The notes under the pieces are model-generated. The model was not told where the DNA came from. It saw only the letters and a list, made by a program, of their open reading frames with translations, and did not search any database. From positions 3,294 to 67,293 of the forward strand of contig CALVIR010000003.1 in assembly GCA_944331915.1 (NCBI GenBank): a stretch of DNA of 64,000 nucleotides. The letters are read 5' to 3'. The translations under genes and the position numbers were made by a program. Of the stretch, positions 36,964 through 46,317 are shown in pieces (the first letter of the stretch is position 1; each line of letters opens with the position of its first letter). Origin of the DNA: an uncultured Bacilli bacterium. Lineage in GTDB: Bacteria > Bacillota_I > Bacilli_A > RF39 > UBA660.

Positions 36964-38934
36964 TTAAAGGTCAAAGCCTAAAGTTTCTAAAAAGGAAACA
37001 ATATCTCCTTCTTTATATTTTTGATAGTCTCTAGCATTATAACCCACAACTACTCTACTTTCTTCATAAGTACAAGGAACATAGTAAGTTCCAGCATAGA
37101 ATCTACCATCATCGGTCTCTCCTAGCCATTCACCACCATAGTTCATAAAGTTTTCATGAGCATAGGCATCAATAGCATAATACAAATTACCATCTTTATC
37201 TTTGACTTTAAAGGTATATTCAAAGTCTCTTTTAACACCTTTCCAATCACCAACATTGTTAGTAATTAAAGTTACAGCTTCTTGTTCAGTTAAAGTCTTG
37301 GTTGGTGATGATGAAGAACTGTTGTTATCAGTAGTAGTGTTGTTATTTGAAGAACTATTTGTTTCTTCATTAGATGGTGTTGGTGTCTTATTCCATAACT
37401 TGTCTTCAAACTCTCTAACTGTATTTAAGAGTTCAGTATCAAAACCAACCTCTTTAAAAGCATCTTCAACAATCTTTTTTTCTTTAGAAGAAAAGCCTAA
37501 TAGCACTGCAGTTCTTGTAACAGCATAATAACAATCAAGGTAAGTAGGATTACTTGGTAATAGTCTCATGGAATAGAACCAAAGATTAGCTAGATCATCT
37601 AGAGATAGGTTTTTGGTCATAAGATAAGCAGCTTTTGAGATGATAACACTATCATCATGTTCTTCTTTAAATTTCTTATCTTTGGAATAGACCATGTTAG
37701 AATCTTTGATATTGCGGCCATTTTTACTACTTATATAACCATCTATTTTTTCGTTTTCATTATAGTACGCTTCAATAATCATACCCATAATATCAGCATA
37801 TGATTCAGATAAAGCTTTCTTTTCTAGACTATTATTTTCATAAGATGCAGTAATGTAGTCAAAGACACCATGGGTATATTCATGAGCGATAACCTCAATA
37901 TTGTCATTGTATAAATTGTTATAGCCAAGGGCGATAATATTGGGATAAATAAAACCGGCATTATCTTGAAAGTTAGAAACAGTTTCATTAGGAAGAACTA
38001 AAGTTTTGACATGGGTGATAATACTAATACCTGTATCTTTCATACCTTCATTATCTAAAGATAGATAATTAAATTTATTAAGGTAGTAGTTATAACATTT
38101 TTGAATAGTAACGATGGCATTGATAGCATTTTCTTTTTCAGTATCAATTTTAGCATTTTTGTGCCAAGAATAGATAGTAAATGTAGTTGTACCACTTTCT
38201 ATTTTAGCGCTTGAAGGTTTATTGATGAAAATATTTTTTTCTTCGTCTAATAGTTTATAATAGCTGTTATCGTCTAGAAAGTAGTCTAATTCTTCTTTTT
38301 CATAAGTATTAAGTGGAAAGTATTTTTTGATTGTCTTTTTAGTATTGGCATCTATTATAATAATATAGTTTCCATTATCACGATAATTGATAGTACAAAT
38401 ATAAGCGAGGGTAAAATTGTTATCTGTAGGATAAATTACAAGATCTTTTGATGTTACTTTAGTATTATTTCCTAGTTCTTTTTTGATAATATCGTCTAGT
38501 TCCTCTTCTTTAATTTTTGGTTCAACAGAAAGATCATCTACTTCTTTTAACTTGTTAATTACTCCAGCTACATTACCATCTTTATCAGTATAGACAATTA
38601 AATCACCATTATAAACAGGTATTCCTTTATATAGTTGTTTAAAACTATAAGTATTTAGATAGTTAGAATTACTTATTCTATCTTCTTTTAGGTCTTTTTC
38701 TAGATCGATATTTAACTCATCACTAATAAGAGAAAGAGATTCTCTTGCAGAGGCAAAGTCTTTAACAATTACACTTGAATAATTACCAGAGATATTATTC
38801 ATGACTAAATTAACTGTTTCTCCTTCAGGAGTTGTTTTTGCTTCTTCTTTTTTAAACAAAAAAGTAATAACTGCCCATACTGAAACTACTAGTATAATAA
38901 ATAATACGAGGATAATAATAATTTTCTTCTTCAT
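36964..38934 (-). CDS. membrane-anchored M4 (thermolysin-like) metallopeptidase with N/S/T-rich linker and C-terminal domain
   Basis: VIAHEYTHGVFDY...ESYADIMG aligns with the thermolysin HExxH...EAISDIFG motifs. The N-terminus has a TM segment. Confidence 0.65.
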   Translation of the reverse strand: MKKKIIIILVLFIILVVSVWAVITFLFKKEEAKTTPEGETVNLVMNNISGNYSSVIVKDFASARESLSLISDELNIDLEKDLKEDRISNSNYLNTYSFKQLYKGIPVYNGDLIVYTDKDGNVAGVINKLKEVDDLSVEPKIKEEELDDIIKKELGNNTKVTSKDLVIYPTDNNFTLAYICTINYRDNGNYIIIIDANTKKTIKKYFPLNTYEKEELDYFLDDNSYYKLLDEEKNIFINKPSSAKIESGTTTFTIYSWHKNAKIDTEKENAINAIVTIQKCYNYYLNKFNYLSLDNEGMKDTGISIITHVKTLVLPNETVSNFQDNAGFIYPNIIALGYNNLYNDNIEVIAHEYTHGVFDYITASYENNSLEKKALSESYADIMGMIIEAYYNENEKIDGYISSKNGRNIKDSNMVYSKDKKFKEEHDDSVIISKAAYLMTKNLSLDDLANLWFYSMRLLPSNPTYLDCYYAVTRTAVLLGFSSKEKKIVEDAFKEVGFDTELLNTVREFEDKLWNKTPTPSNEETNSSSNNNTTTDNNSSSSSPTKTLTEQEAVTLITNNVGDWKGVKRDFEYTFKVKDKDGNLYYAIDAYAHENFMNYGGEWLGETDDGRFYAGTYYVPCTYEESRVVVGYNARDYQKYKEGDIVSFLETLGFDL

Positions 38935-38989
38935 TTTTACACTTACTCCTAACCAATTAACTTATAATTATTATACTATATATTAAGTC

Positions 38990-39220
38990 TAATATGAAAA
39001 AAATCAAAGTTTTTAGGCTTTGAATCTTTCGTATTATTGCATTTCTTCCCAAGTTTTACCATCTAGTATTTTAGCGATTTCTTCGGTTGATGGTAATTTA
39101 TCTGTTTTTAAAATATCAGTTAAGTTAAATAATTTAGTTCGAAATAATGGGTATTTGCTCGCTTTGATAAAATTCGTTTTGACAAATTTATCAACAATAA
39201 AGTAATTGTGTTCAATATTT
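38990..39220 (-). pseudogene. duplicated 3'-terminal fragment (~59 codons) of gene 50752..51789; left copy of a 231-bp direct repeat
   Basis: About 95 % nucleotide identity to 50706..50936. It translates to ...VDKFVKTNFIKASKYPLFRTKLFNLTDILKTDKLPSTEEIAKILDGKTWEEMQ*. Confidence 0.8.
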
Positions 39221-39591
39221 TTATCATATCAATGACATTGTTATACCAATTTTACTTAAAGATAACAAAAATTGTTTAACAATCGGTATAATAATCGTTA
39301 AAATAGCAACATTATTGTACTCTTTTACAACTGTATTATGAAAAGCCTATGCAAATCTATCTGACGAAACAATTAAATCTTTATAGTTTTATTTATCATC
39401 AAACCAGTAGCATAAAAATATATGCTATCTTTGCTTTCGTTCGTAATTAAAGGATAAAACTCTTTAAAAGGCTTTTTTTATAAAACTTTGAAATATCAAT
39501 TTGATAATTAGATTTCTTCATTATAATCCTCTCTTACTTTAACAACTTTATAATATATATTTTGTTATATTAAAATAAATTATTTTTAGAA

Positions 39592-40233
39592 TTAAAGTTT
39601 CTTTTTTTTAATTTTATCTTTTCTGATACCATTACTATAATTTTGTAACACCTCTATTGTAGTTGGGGGAACTAATTGAGCAATTGTATTCCAATCATTA
39701 TTTTCAAGGGCATTTCTTACAGTTTTTGCACTAATAGATTGACCATTTCTATCAGTAAATCTAGGTATCTCAATAACCTCAATACCATATAAAGGTAAAT
39801 TATTTTTTAATTCTCTATTATATGATGCAGTAATAATATCAGTTTTTTCTTCTCCTACAAATCTTTTTTTAACATTTAATGTAGGAGCTATATAATCAGT
39901 AAATATTTCCCTATCTAGTGATACATCTATAGTAACATCAGTTTTTTCTTCTCTATTAAAGTACTCTGGAAAGATCATTGAGGAACCGAAAATTTTACCA
40001 CTAGGAATAACTGTAACATTAGAAAAATCTTTACAACCATTCTGCACCATTTTATATCTGTCATCAAACTTAAATACAGATTTATCATCTTGAACTACTA
40101 TAACAAATAATTCTTCTACTTGTTCAGAAGCATATTTTATTAAATTATAATGTCCATAAGTAAATGGATTACAATTCATTAGTATTGCACCATTAGGACC
40201 ATCTGGTATATCTAGACTCTTTAACATAGACAA
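39592..40233 (-). CDS. CitC-C-terminal-like nucleotidyltransferase (HxGH superfamily: adenylyl/cytidylyltransferase)
   Basis: NCNPFTYGHYNLIKYASEQV...LFVIVV resembles the [citrate lyase] ligase adenylyltransferase domain (NPFTxGH). Confidence 0.5.
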   Translation of the reverse strand: MSMLKSLDIPDGPNGAILMNCNPFTYGHYNLIKYASEQVEELFVIVVQDDKSVFKFDDRYKMVQNGCKDFSNVTVIPSGKIFGSSMIFPEYFNREEKTDVTIDVSLDREIFTDYIAPTLNVKKRFVGEEKTDIITASYNRELKNNLPLYGIEVIEIPRFTDRNGQSISAKTVRNALENNDWNTIAQLVPPTTIEVLQNYSNGIRKDKIKKKKL

Positions 40234-41663
40234 ATATTCATCAATAAATTTATTATTTGAAAATACATTTCTTTTTTGACTTTTTTTACAGGAATTATAC
40301 TTTCTTTATTTTGAGGATTAATTGTTAATAAGTTTTTCTTAATTTTATCATATATATAATCAGCAATATAACCATTTGCAATATGATTACAATGAGCAGG
40401 TTTATCAAGAAAATAATTGTGTAAAGTATTATTATTAAAAACAGGTAATAAGGTTTCTACATCAGTAAATCCTAATCTAGCAAGTTTTTCTTTTTCATCT
40501 GTTGATATAATAAAAATCATTTTATCGCCATGTTTTATATTTACATTGTCAGCAATTCTAACTTGTTCAGGTAATTCCATAGCTCTTAAACCATAATTAT
40601 TAACTGAATAATCCATATTATTAACATTAACTTTTCTTTGCAAGTAACTTGCTATAGTATGTTTATCATCTACTAAAGCACCATATACCATACAAGGACC
40701 GAATATATTAATATCAAATGCATAATCAAAACTCTTATCTGTAGTATATCTAATTCCATTAATACTTTTACAAAAATCATTATCAGAATCTGCTAATCTG
40801 CAAATGCCATTTTTTAGTATAGTTCCAGGAGATAAATTTTCCTTGTCTATATAATCTTCAGTAAATAAATCCCCCATAACTGTTTCTACTAAATTTCTTA
40901 TTTCAGGATCATTCATATAGTTACTAAGGTAATATATATAATTAACTTTAGCCTTCATTCTCAATTGTTCTACAAATGTTAATTCTGTAAATTGTTCATT
41001 ATTAGGAAATTCAAACACATAAGTTTCAAAAGATTGACCTTTTAAAAAACTATTAACAAAATAGTATATTTCTGCCTCATTACATAATTCATTTATATTT
41101 AATATACTCGAAGATAAGTCATTATCAAATCTACAATACCTATTTATTTCTTGTTTTAAATCCATCGAAAATAAATCTGTATCAATTAATAATGATTTTT
41201 CCTCTAAAATAGAACTTAAATAATTATCATAATCAATAGGAATAATAGAGGTAGAGAATTCATTTCCATAGACATTTATATAATTAAATAATTCTTGTGA
41301 TAACCCACCTCTAACAAAAACCTTTTTCGGTTTTCTACTTCTTAAATAATTAATAATTTTATCATTATTAGCATATAAACATTTCCATCTAGTTGAATCA
41401 ATTGATGTATTCTTCCATTCACTATTGTCTTTATTATTTTTTTCTTTTGTATATATAGCCAATTCATCAATTGTAATTTTTAAACTACTATCATTACGAA
41501 TACTATTTATAAAAGAATCATAAGTTATAAATTGCTCATCATTCAAGGCTACAATTGATTCTTGATTTTGCAAAAATATATTAATTAATTTATGTTTTAA
41601 ATTAATATCGGATTCACTTATATGAATTACACTATTTTCTTTATTCATTACTATCCCCCTCAA
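40221..41663 (-). CDS. hypothetical protein (480 aa)
   Basis: I recognise no family. It is soluble and sits inside the island operon. Confidence 0.5.
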   Translation of the reverse strand: MRGIVMNKENSVIHISESDINLKHKLINIFLQNQESIVALNDEQFITYDSFINSIRNDSSLKITIDELAIYTKEKNNKDNSEWKNTSIDSTRWKCLYANNDKIINYLRSRKPKKVFVRGGLSQELFNYINVYGNEFSTSIIPIDYDNYLSSILEEKSLLIDTDLFSMDLKQEINRYCRFDNDLSSSILNINELCNEAEIYYFVNSFLKGQSFETYVFEFPNNEQFTELTFVEQLRMKAKVNYIYYLSNYMNDPEIRNLVETVMGDLFTEDYIDKENLSPGTILKNGICRLADSDNDFCKSINGIRYTTDKSFDYAFDINIFGPCMVYGALVDDKHTIASYLQRKVNVNNMDYSVNNYGLRAMELPEQVRIADNVNIKHGDKMIFIISTDEKEKLARLGFTDVETLLPVFNNNTLHNYFLDKPAHCNHIANGYIADYIYDKIKKNLLTINPQNKESIIPVKKVKKEMYFQIINLLMNICLC

Positions 41664-41672
41664 CTTTAAATA

Positions 41673-42425
41673 TTATTCATTAATATTTTTCAACAAAAAA
41701 TTAACAATTTCATTATCATAATTATATAGTTCGTGTTTCCCATCTTCAATAGTTGTCAATTTTAAATTATTCTTCTTACAAAAATCACTAATATCTTTAT
41801 AAAGAACTGTCTTATCTGCTGTTCCATGAATTATTGAAATATTTTGAAACTCATAATTTTTAACAGCATTATCGCCATTTTTAAATTGAAGATAAGCATC
41901 TTTAGATATTTTAATGTTATTATACAAAGGCATAAATTCATTAGTATTAAAATAATCAAGTGATATTCCTGATTTATGTTCCATAATCTCACAAAAATTA
42001 ATAGCCGGACACATTAACATTGTTTTTTCTATATTTTTATTATTCTGCATTAACTTATTTAAAATCACAAAACCACCAAAACTACAGCCAAACAAATATA
42101 TAGGTACATTATACTTTGTTTTTACATATGTAATAATTTCTTCTAGATAGGTTATACACAAACTTAAATTAAAAAGTGAAAAATCTGTTTTATCTTCTCC
42201 ATGACCAGGAAAGTCAAAAGAAATAATACCAATTTTATTTTTTAATAAATCATCATAAAATCTTGTTGCCCATGTTTTGTTGCTACCTAACCCATGACAA
42301 TAAATTATTATTTTATTCATATTATCATGAGGTATGGCACTAAAAGTATTAATTTTATCATTAATTAAATAATTAAATTTAACTCTTAAATCATTTTTTG
42401 CCTTTTCAATAATCTTTTCGTTCAT
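41673..42425 (-). CDS. alpha/beta-fold hydrolase
   Basis: HGLGSNK..., the nucleophile elbow GCSFGG, and a C-terminal Asp/His. Confidence 0.65.
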   Translation of the reverse strand: MNEKIIEKAKNDLRVKFNYLINDKINTFSAIPHDNMNKIIIYCHGLGSNKTWATRFYDDLLKNKIGIISFDFPGHGEDKTDFSLFNLSLCITYLEEIITYVKTKYNVPIYLFGCSFGGFVILNKLMQNNKNIEKTMLMCPAINFCEIMEHKSGISLDYFNTNEFMPLYNNIKISKDAYLQFKNGDNAVKNYEFQNISIIHGTADKTVLYKDISDFCKKNNLKLTTIEDGKHELYNYDNEIVNFLLKNINE

Positions 42426-42455
42426 AAGTAATCCTCTTTTCCATCACTAATTATA

Positions 42456-43268
42456 TCATAACTTTTTAATATATTTTTCAAATGTTTCTTTATTAGGATA
42501 ATCTGTATTATCTAATTCATAATGCAACTTCTCATAGTCATAATCAACTATATTTTCTGTAAGAATAATTTCATTATTAACATTTTCTAAAACATAATAC
42601 ACTGCTTGTTTATCAATCGCTACACCTGTTCCATTAAGTGAATAAAAATCTATATTATCTTTTGTATGTTTTCTAAAGAAATGATAATGTCCATAAATTA
42701 TACCATTGTATTCATCTACCTTTTTTCCTCCAAATAATGGATCATTATTTGCTGATATTAAAAGTGGTGTTTGATTAGTAGAAAACCTCATATCTTGTGG
42801 TGTATTAGTTTCAAAAAAAGAGCTAACATCTTCCCCATTATATTTCCATACACCAGAATAATCATATCGTACATCAATAGGAAAATGACACAATGCGATT
42901 TTTTGATTACCAAGTTCAATGTCTATTGAATGAGGCATTCTCTGTAATGCACAAATTTGTTTACTTGTCAATGCTTCTCTTGTCCATACAGCATTATAAT
43001 AACGTGCAATATTGTGTTTTTTTAAATAATCAAAACTATCAGCACCAAATATTACATATTCTTCAGCATTTCCTAGAATATTTATAATATTATTTTCTAA
43101 AATTAACTCTAAACATTCACTAGGATGATTACCAAGTCCAATAACATCCCCTAAAGAATAAATTGTCTTTATATTATTATTTTTTATGTCCATAAGAACT
43201 GCTTTTAATGCTTCTAAATTTGCATGAACATCTGATATCAATGCTATCTTTTCTTGCATAGCACACAC
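42456..43268 (-). CDS. calcineurin-like metallophosphoesterase
   Basis: IALISDVHANLEAL ... LGDVIGLG ... GNAEEYV are MPP signature blocks. Confidence 0.65.
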   Translation of the reverse strand: MCAMQEKIALISDVHANLEALKAVLMDIKNNNIKTIYSLGDVIGLGNHPSECLELILENNIINILGNAEEYVIFGADSFDYLKKHNIARYYNAVWTREALTSKQICALQRMPHSIDIELGNQKIALCHFPIDVRYDYSGVWKYNGEDVSSFFETNTPQDMRFSTNQTPLLISANNDPLFGGKKVDEYNGIIYGHYHFFRKHTKDNIDFYSLNGTGVAIDKQAVYYVLENVNNEIILTENIVDYDYEKLHYELDNTDYPNKETFEKYIKKL

Positions 43269-43330
43269 CTCTTTTCTGTTGATATTTTGTTTATATTATG
43301 TTAATATATACCATCAAGGAAGTGGTATAT

Positions 43331-43822
43331 ATGATAATTGTCGAAGGATTAGATGGTTGTGGAAAAACAACTTTAATAACTAATTTAGCCAAAGAAGGAA
43401 AACAATTAGTAATTCCAAACAATGACTTTGAAAATTTTTATAATAAATATGTAGATACTTTTGAGAGATCTTCAATTAATTCAATAATGGATCGTTCTTT
43501 TATAAGTGTAATGGTTTATGGAAAAGTATTAAGTAATAAAACAAGAATTTCTGAACAAGATTATCTAAAGTTACTTGAATTATACACTAAAAACAAACCT
43601 AGTATTATATATTTATATGCACCACAAGAATTACTATTGGAAAGACGAAAAGATGATAGAAGTGATAGATTAGTATTATTGCATTTATATAAATCACTAT
43701 TAGAAGAATTTGATTATAGACTAGAGCAAGCAAGTAATTTTATGCCAGTTTACAAAATTAATACAGCTAATTACAACGAACAACAAACTTTTGAACAAAC
43801 CAAGAAATTAATTAAACTTTAA
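43331..43822 (+). CDS. P-loop nucleoside-monophosphate kinase, thymidylate-kinase-like
   Basis: IIVEGLDGCGKTTLI (compare the Tmk FEGIDGSGKTT) and DRSFISVMVYG (compare DRYxxSxxAYQ). I chose the 43331 start because of the AGGAAG RBS; the 43298 start in the ORF track is also possible. Confidence 0.6.
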   Translation: MIIVEGLDGCGKTTLITNLAKEGKQLVIPNNDFENFYNKYVDTFERSSINSIMDRSFISVMVYGKVLSNKTRISEQDYLKLLELYTKNKPSIIYLYAPQELLLERRKDDRSDRLVLLHLYKSLLEEFDYRLEQASNFMPVYKINTANYNEQQTFEQTKKLIKL

Positions 43823-45081
43823 TTTCTTTTTTTAATTAGACTCTTTGCATAATTTGGAATAGTAATTGAGCTTATAATACTAGAATCATATGTCGTATTT
43901 TGATGCCTATCAATTTCAAATGAAGGCTTTAAGGCAATTTTTAATAATTGTTCAATTGATAATTCACTTTGCATTAATATTGCTTTATCATAATTATCAG
44001 AAAAATCTCTATTTATTTCAGAGCGAGGAAAAAAAGCAATTTTTAAATTATCTTTATCCTGAAACAGAGACTCTAAATAATTCTCTATATATTTCTTAAT
44101 GTAATCACTATCAGTTGCAAGTACATCATATTGCGTTAATAGTGCATTTATATTCTTGATACAAGCATTCAAATCTCTCTGAATAAATGCTGTTCTATCA
44201 AATACATTTTCATTTAACATATAATTTCCATTGCTAACAAGCCTTGACATAAAAACAGGTGATAATACAGAATAATAATAAGCAGCACCAAAATTATCAG
44301 TAGTGAAAAAGTTAGGATTTTGTTGGTAACTCCAATTTTGTTGAAAAACACCATTCATATTATAATTCCTAAAAATATTATCTATTTTTAACATTTCGCT
44401 TGTATCGCAACAATTTAAATCACCAGAAAGTCCATATTTTAAAATTTGATTTTCAAATCGATTATTAAAACCATGAAAACAATATCCTTTATCTATAAAA
44501 TTCTGCTTTAATGTTATTAAGCATTTATCTTTTTTACCATCATTTTTTGAAACTATATTTTTAAATAAAACATTGTCACATCTATACAATAAATCTTCAA
44601 AACTTAATGATACTTTGCATTTTTTTATAATTTCATCTAAATACTTATCTATAAATTTATAATCATGAATTTTATCTTGATTCATAATCAGAAAACAATA
44701 TATTTTTTGTAAAAGTAAAGCTTGTAAAAATAATTGTGTATCTGCCAAAGCAGTAACATTAACACCTATTTTTCTTAAATCAAAACTAAAATTTCTACTC
44801 TGAATAATTTGTAAAATTTCTTGTATTTTCTCACTATTTAATAATTTTTCAAATTGTTTAACAAAGGCTACATCATTTTCTTGGTAATTATGATATATTT
44901 TCATATCATCTTGTATATCTATTTTTTTCAAATGTTTATGTTTACTAATTTCACTAACATATTTTTTTAACTCACTATCACTTATTTGATATTTATGACA
45001 TATACTATCAAATTTTTCTTGGGAAAGTTCGATATCACATTCATCTGTAACCATTTTAGAAATTAAATCATATAAATTCAT
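43819..45081 (-). CDS. hypothetical protein (420 aa)
   Basis: I recognise no family. Confidence 0.5.
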   Translation of the reverse strand: MNLYDLISKMVTDECDIELSQEKFDSICHKYQISDSELKKYVSEISKHKHLKKIDIQDDMKIYHNYQENDVAFVKQFEKLLNSEKIQEILQIIQSRNFSFDLRKIGVNVTALADTQLFLQALLLQKIYCFLIMNQDKIHDYKFIDKYLDEIIKKCKVSLSFEDLLYRCDNVLFKNIVSKNDGKKDKCLITLKQNFIDKGYCFHGFNNRFENQILKYGLSGDLNCCDTSEMLKIDNIFRNYNMNGVFQQNWSYQQNPNFFTTDNFGAAYYYSVLSPVFMSRLVSNGNYMLNENVFDRTAFIQRDLNACIKNINALLTQYDVLATDSDYIKKYIENYLESLFQDKDNLKIAFFPRSEINRDFSDNYDKAILMQSELSIEQLLKIALKPSFEIDRHQNTTYDSSIISSITIPNYAKSLIKKRN

Positions 45082-45542
45082 AGCAAATCTCCATATTCAG
45101 TAAGATATAACTCTAATGCTTTTCTTTGATAAGGTAATTCTAAGTAGTCTAATGCATTATTTATATCTATTAAAACTAATTCTGATCCTATTTCTAAAGG
45201 CTCAACTATATCTTCTTCTATATCTACTAAAAAAATATGTGCTAGTGATTCCATATGCTTTTTATTTCTAGTAAACCAAAAACAGTCTATAGAACAAAAA
45301 TCTTTAATTGTTTTTACTTTACAACCACTTTCTTCTAAAAATTCTCTATATAAACATTCTTGAAATGTCTCACCAGTTTCTTTACCTCCACCTATTAATG
45401 ACACTTCTTCATTTTTTTTAGTCAAATATATTTTTTTATCTTTAACATAAATGCCAAAACAAGTTTCACGGAAATCATATTTAATATTTTTATCTTTAAT
45501 TCCTATTTGTACTTTTTTCATTAGTCCTCCCATACTTTCCAA
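45078..45542 (-). CDS. NUDIX hydrolase
   Basis: Nudix box GGGKETGETFQECLYREFLEESG. Confidence 0.75.
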   Translation of the reverse strand: MESMGGLMKKVQIGIKDKNIKYDFRETCFGIYVKDKKIYLTKKNEEVSLIGGGKETGETFQECLYREFLEESGCKVKTIKDFCSIDCFWFTRNKKHMESLAHIFLVDIEEDIVEPLEIGSELVLIDINNALDYLELPYQRKALELYLTEYGDLL

Positions 45543-46300
45543 GGTGCTTTATCAGCCTTAATTAATTTATTCAAATATTCTCTTTCACTTTGAAAATCCA
45601 TACATTGCCAAAAGCCTAAATGCTTATATGCAGAAAGTTGTTTATTTTCCACTAATTTTTCCAAAATTTCTTTTTCAAAGGATGCAGAATCAGGAGTCAA
45701 ATATTTTAATATTTCTTTATTAACAACCATAAATCCACCATTAATCCATTCATCCTCTTTTAAAAATTTTTCTCTAAAATATTTGACATTTGTATCCTCT
45801 AATTCAACAACACCAAATCGTTCTTCTCTTTTAACAACTGTAATAGTTGCAAGAGACTTTTGTTTCTTATGAAATTCATATAAATCTTTAATATCTATAT
45901 CTGATACTGCATCAGCATAAGTCAGAAAGAATGAATCGTCATCATCATCTAAATATTTTTCAATTCGTTTTAATCTGCCACCTGTTAAAGTATTCAAGCC
46001 TGTATCTACTAAAGTAATATTCCAGTCCTCACTATTATTATTCAATATCTTTAGTTCTTGATTCTTAAAATTAATACTAATATCTTTCTTCTGATTCATT
46101 AAATCTAAAAAATATTTTTTAAAATCCTCTTGTTTATATCCTAAACATAATATAAAATCTTTAACGCCATAGTGATAATACATTTTCATAATATGCCAAA
46201 CAATAGGCATATCCCCAACAGTTACAAGTGGTTTTGGAGTAGTATCGCTCTCTAATTTTATCCTGCTACCCTTACCGCCTGCAAAAATAACACATTTCAT
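45521..46300 (-). CDS. rfbF: glucose-1-phosphate cytidylyltransferase (RfbF/DdhA-like)
   Basis: MKCVIFAGGKGSRI...TPKPLV..G.MPIVWHIMKMYYHYGVKDFILCLGYK...WNITLVDTGLNTLTGGRLKR is near-collinear with RfbF. Confidence 0.8.
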   Translation of the reverse strand: MKCVIFAGGKGSRIKLESDTTPKPLVTVGDMPIVWHIMKMYYHYGVKDFILCLGYKQEDFKKYFLDLMNQKKDISINFKNQELKILNNNSEDWNITLVDTGLNTLTGGRLKRIEKYLDDDDDSFFLTYADAVSDIDIKDLYEFHKKQKSLATITVVKREERFGVVELEDTNVKYFREKFLKEDEWINGGFMVVNKEILKYLTPDSASFEKEILEKLVENKQLSAYKHLGFWQCMDFQSEREYLNKLIKADKAPWKVWED

Positions 46301-46317
46301 ATAAAATCCCCCTTTAC

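Noticed and set aside
39020-39205. Identical 61-aa plus-strand ORFs at 39020..39205 and 50738..50923
   Set aside because: They are the antisense reading of the 231-bp direct repeat, which is the 3' end of gene 50752..51789. The identity reflects the repeat and not a gene.
43298-43330. An upstream start at 43298 for the Tmk-like kinase
   Set aside because: The ATG at 43331 has a well-spaced AGGAAG RBS and begins directly at the P-loop (MIIVEGLDGCGKTT). The extension adds 11 residues and has no RBS. This is not decisive.
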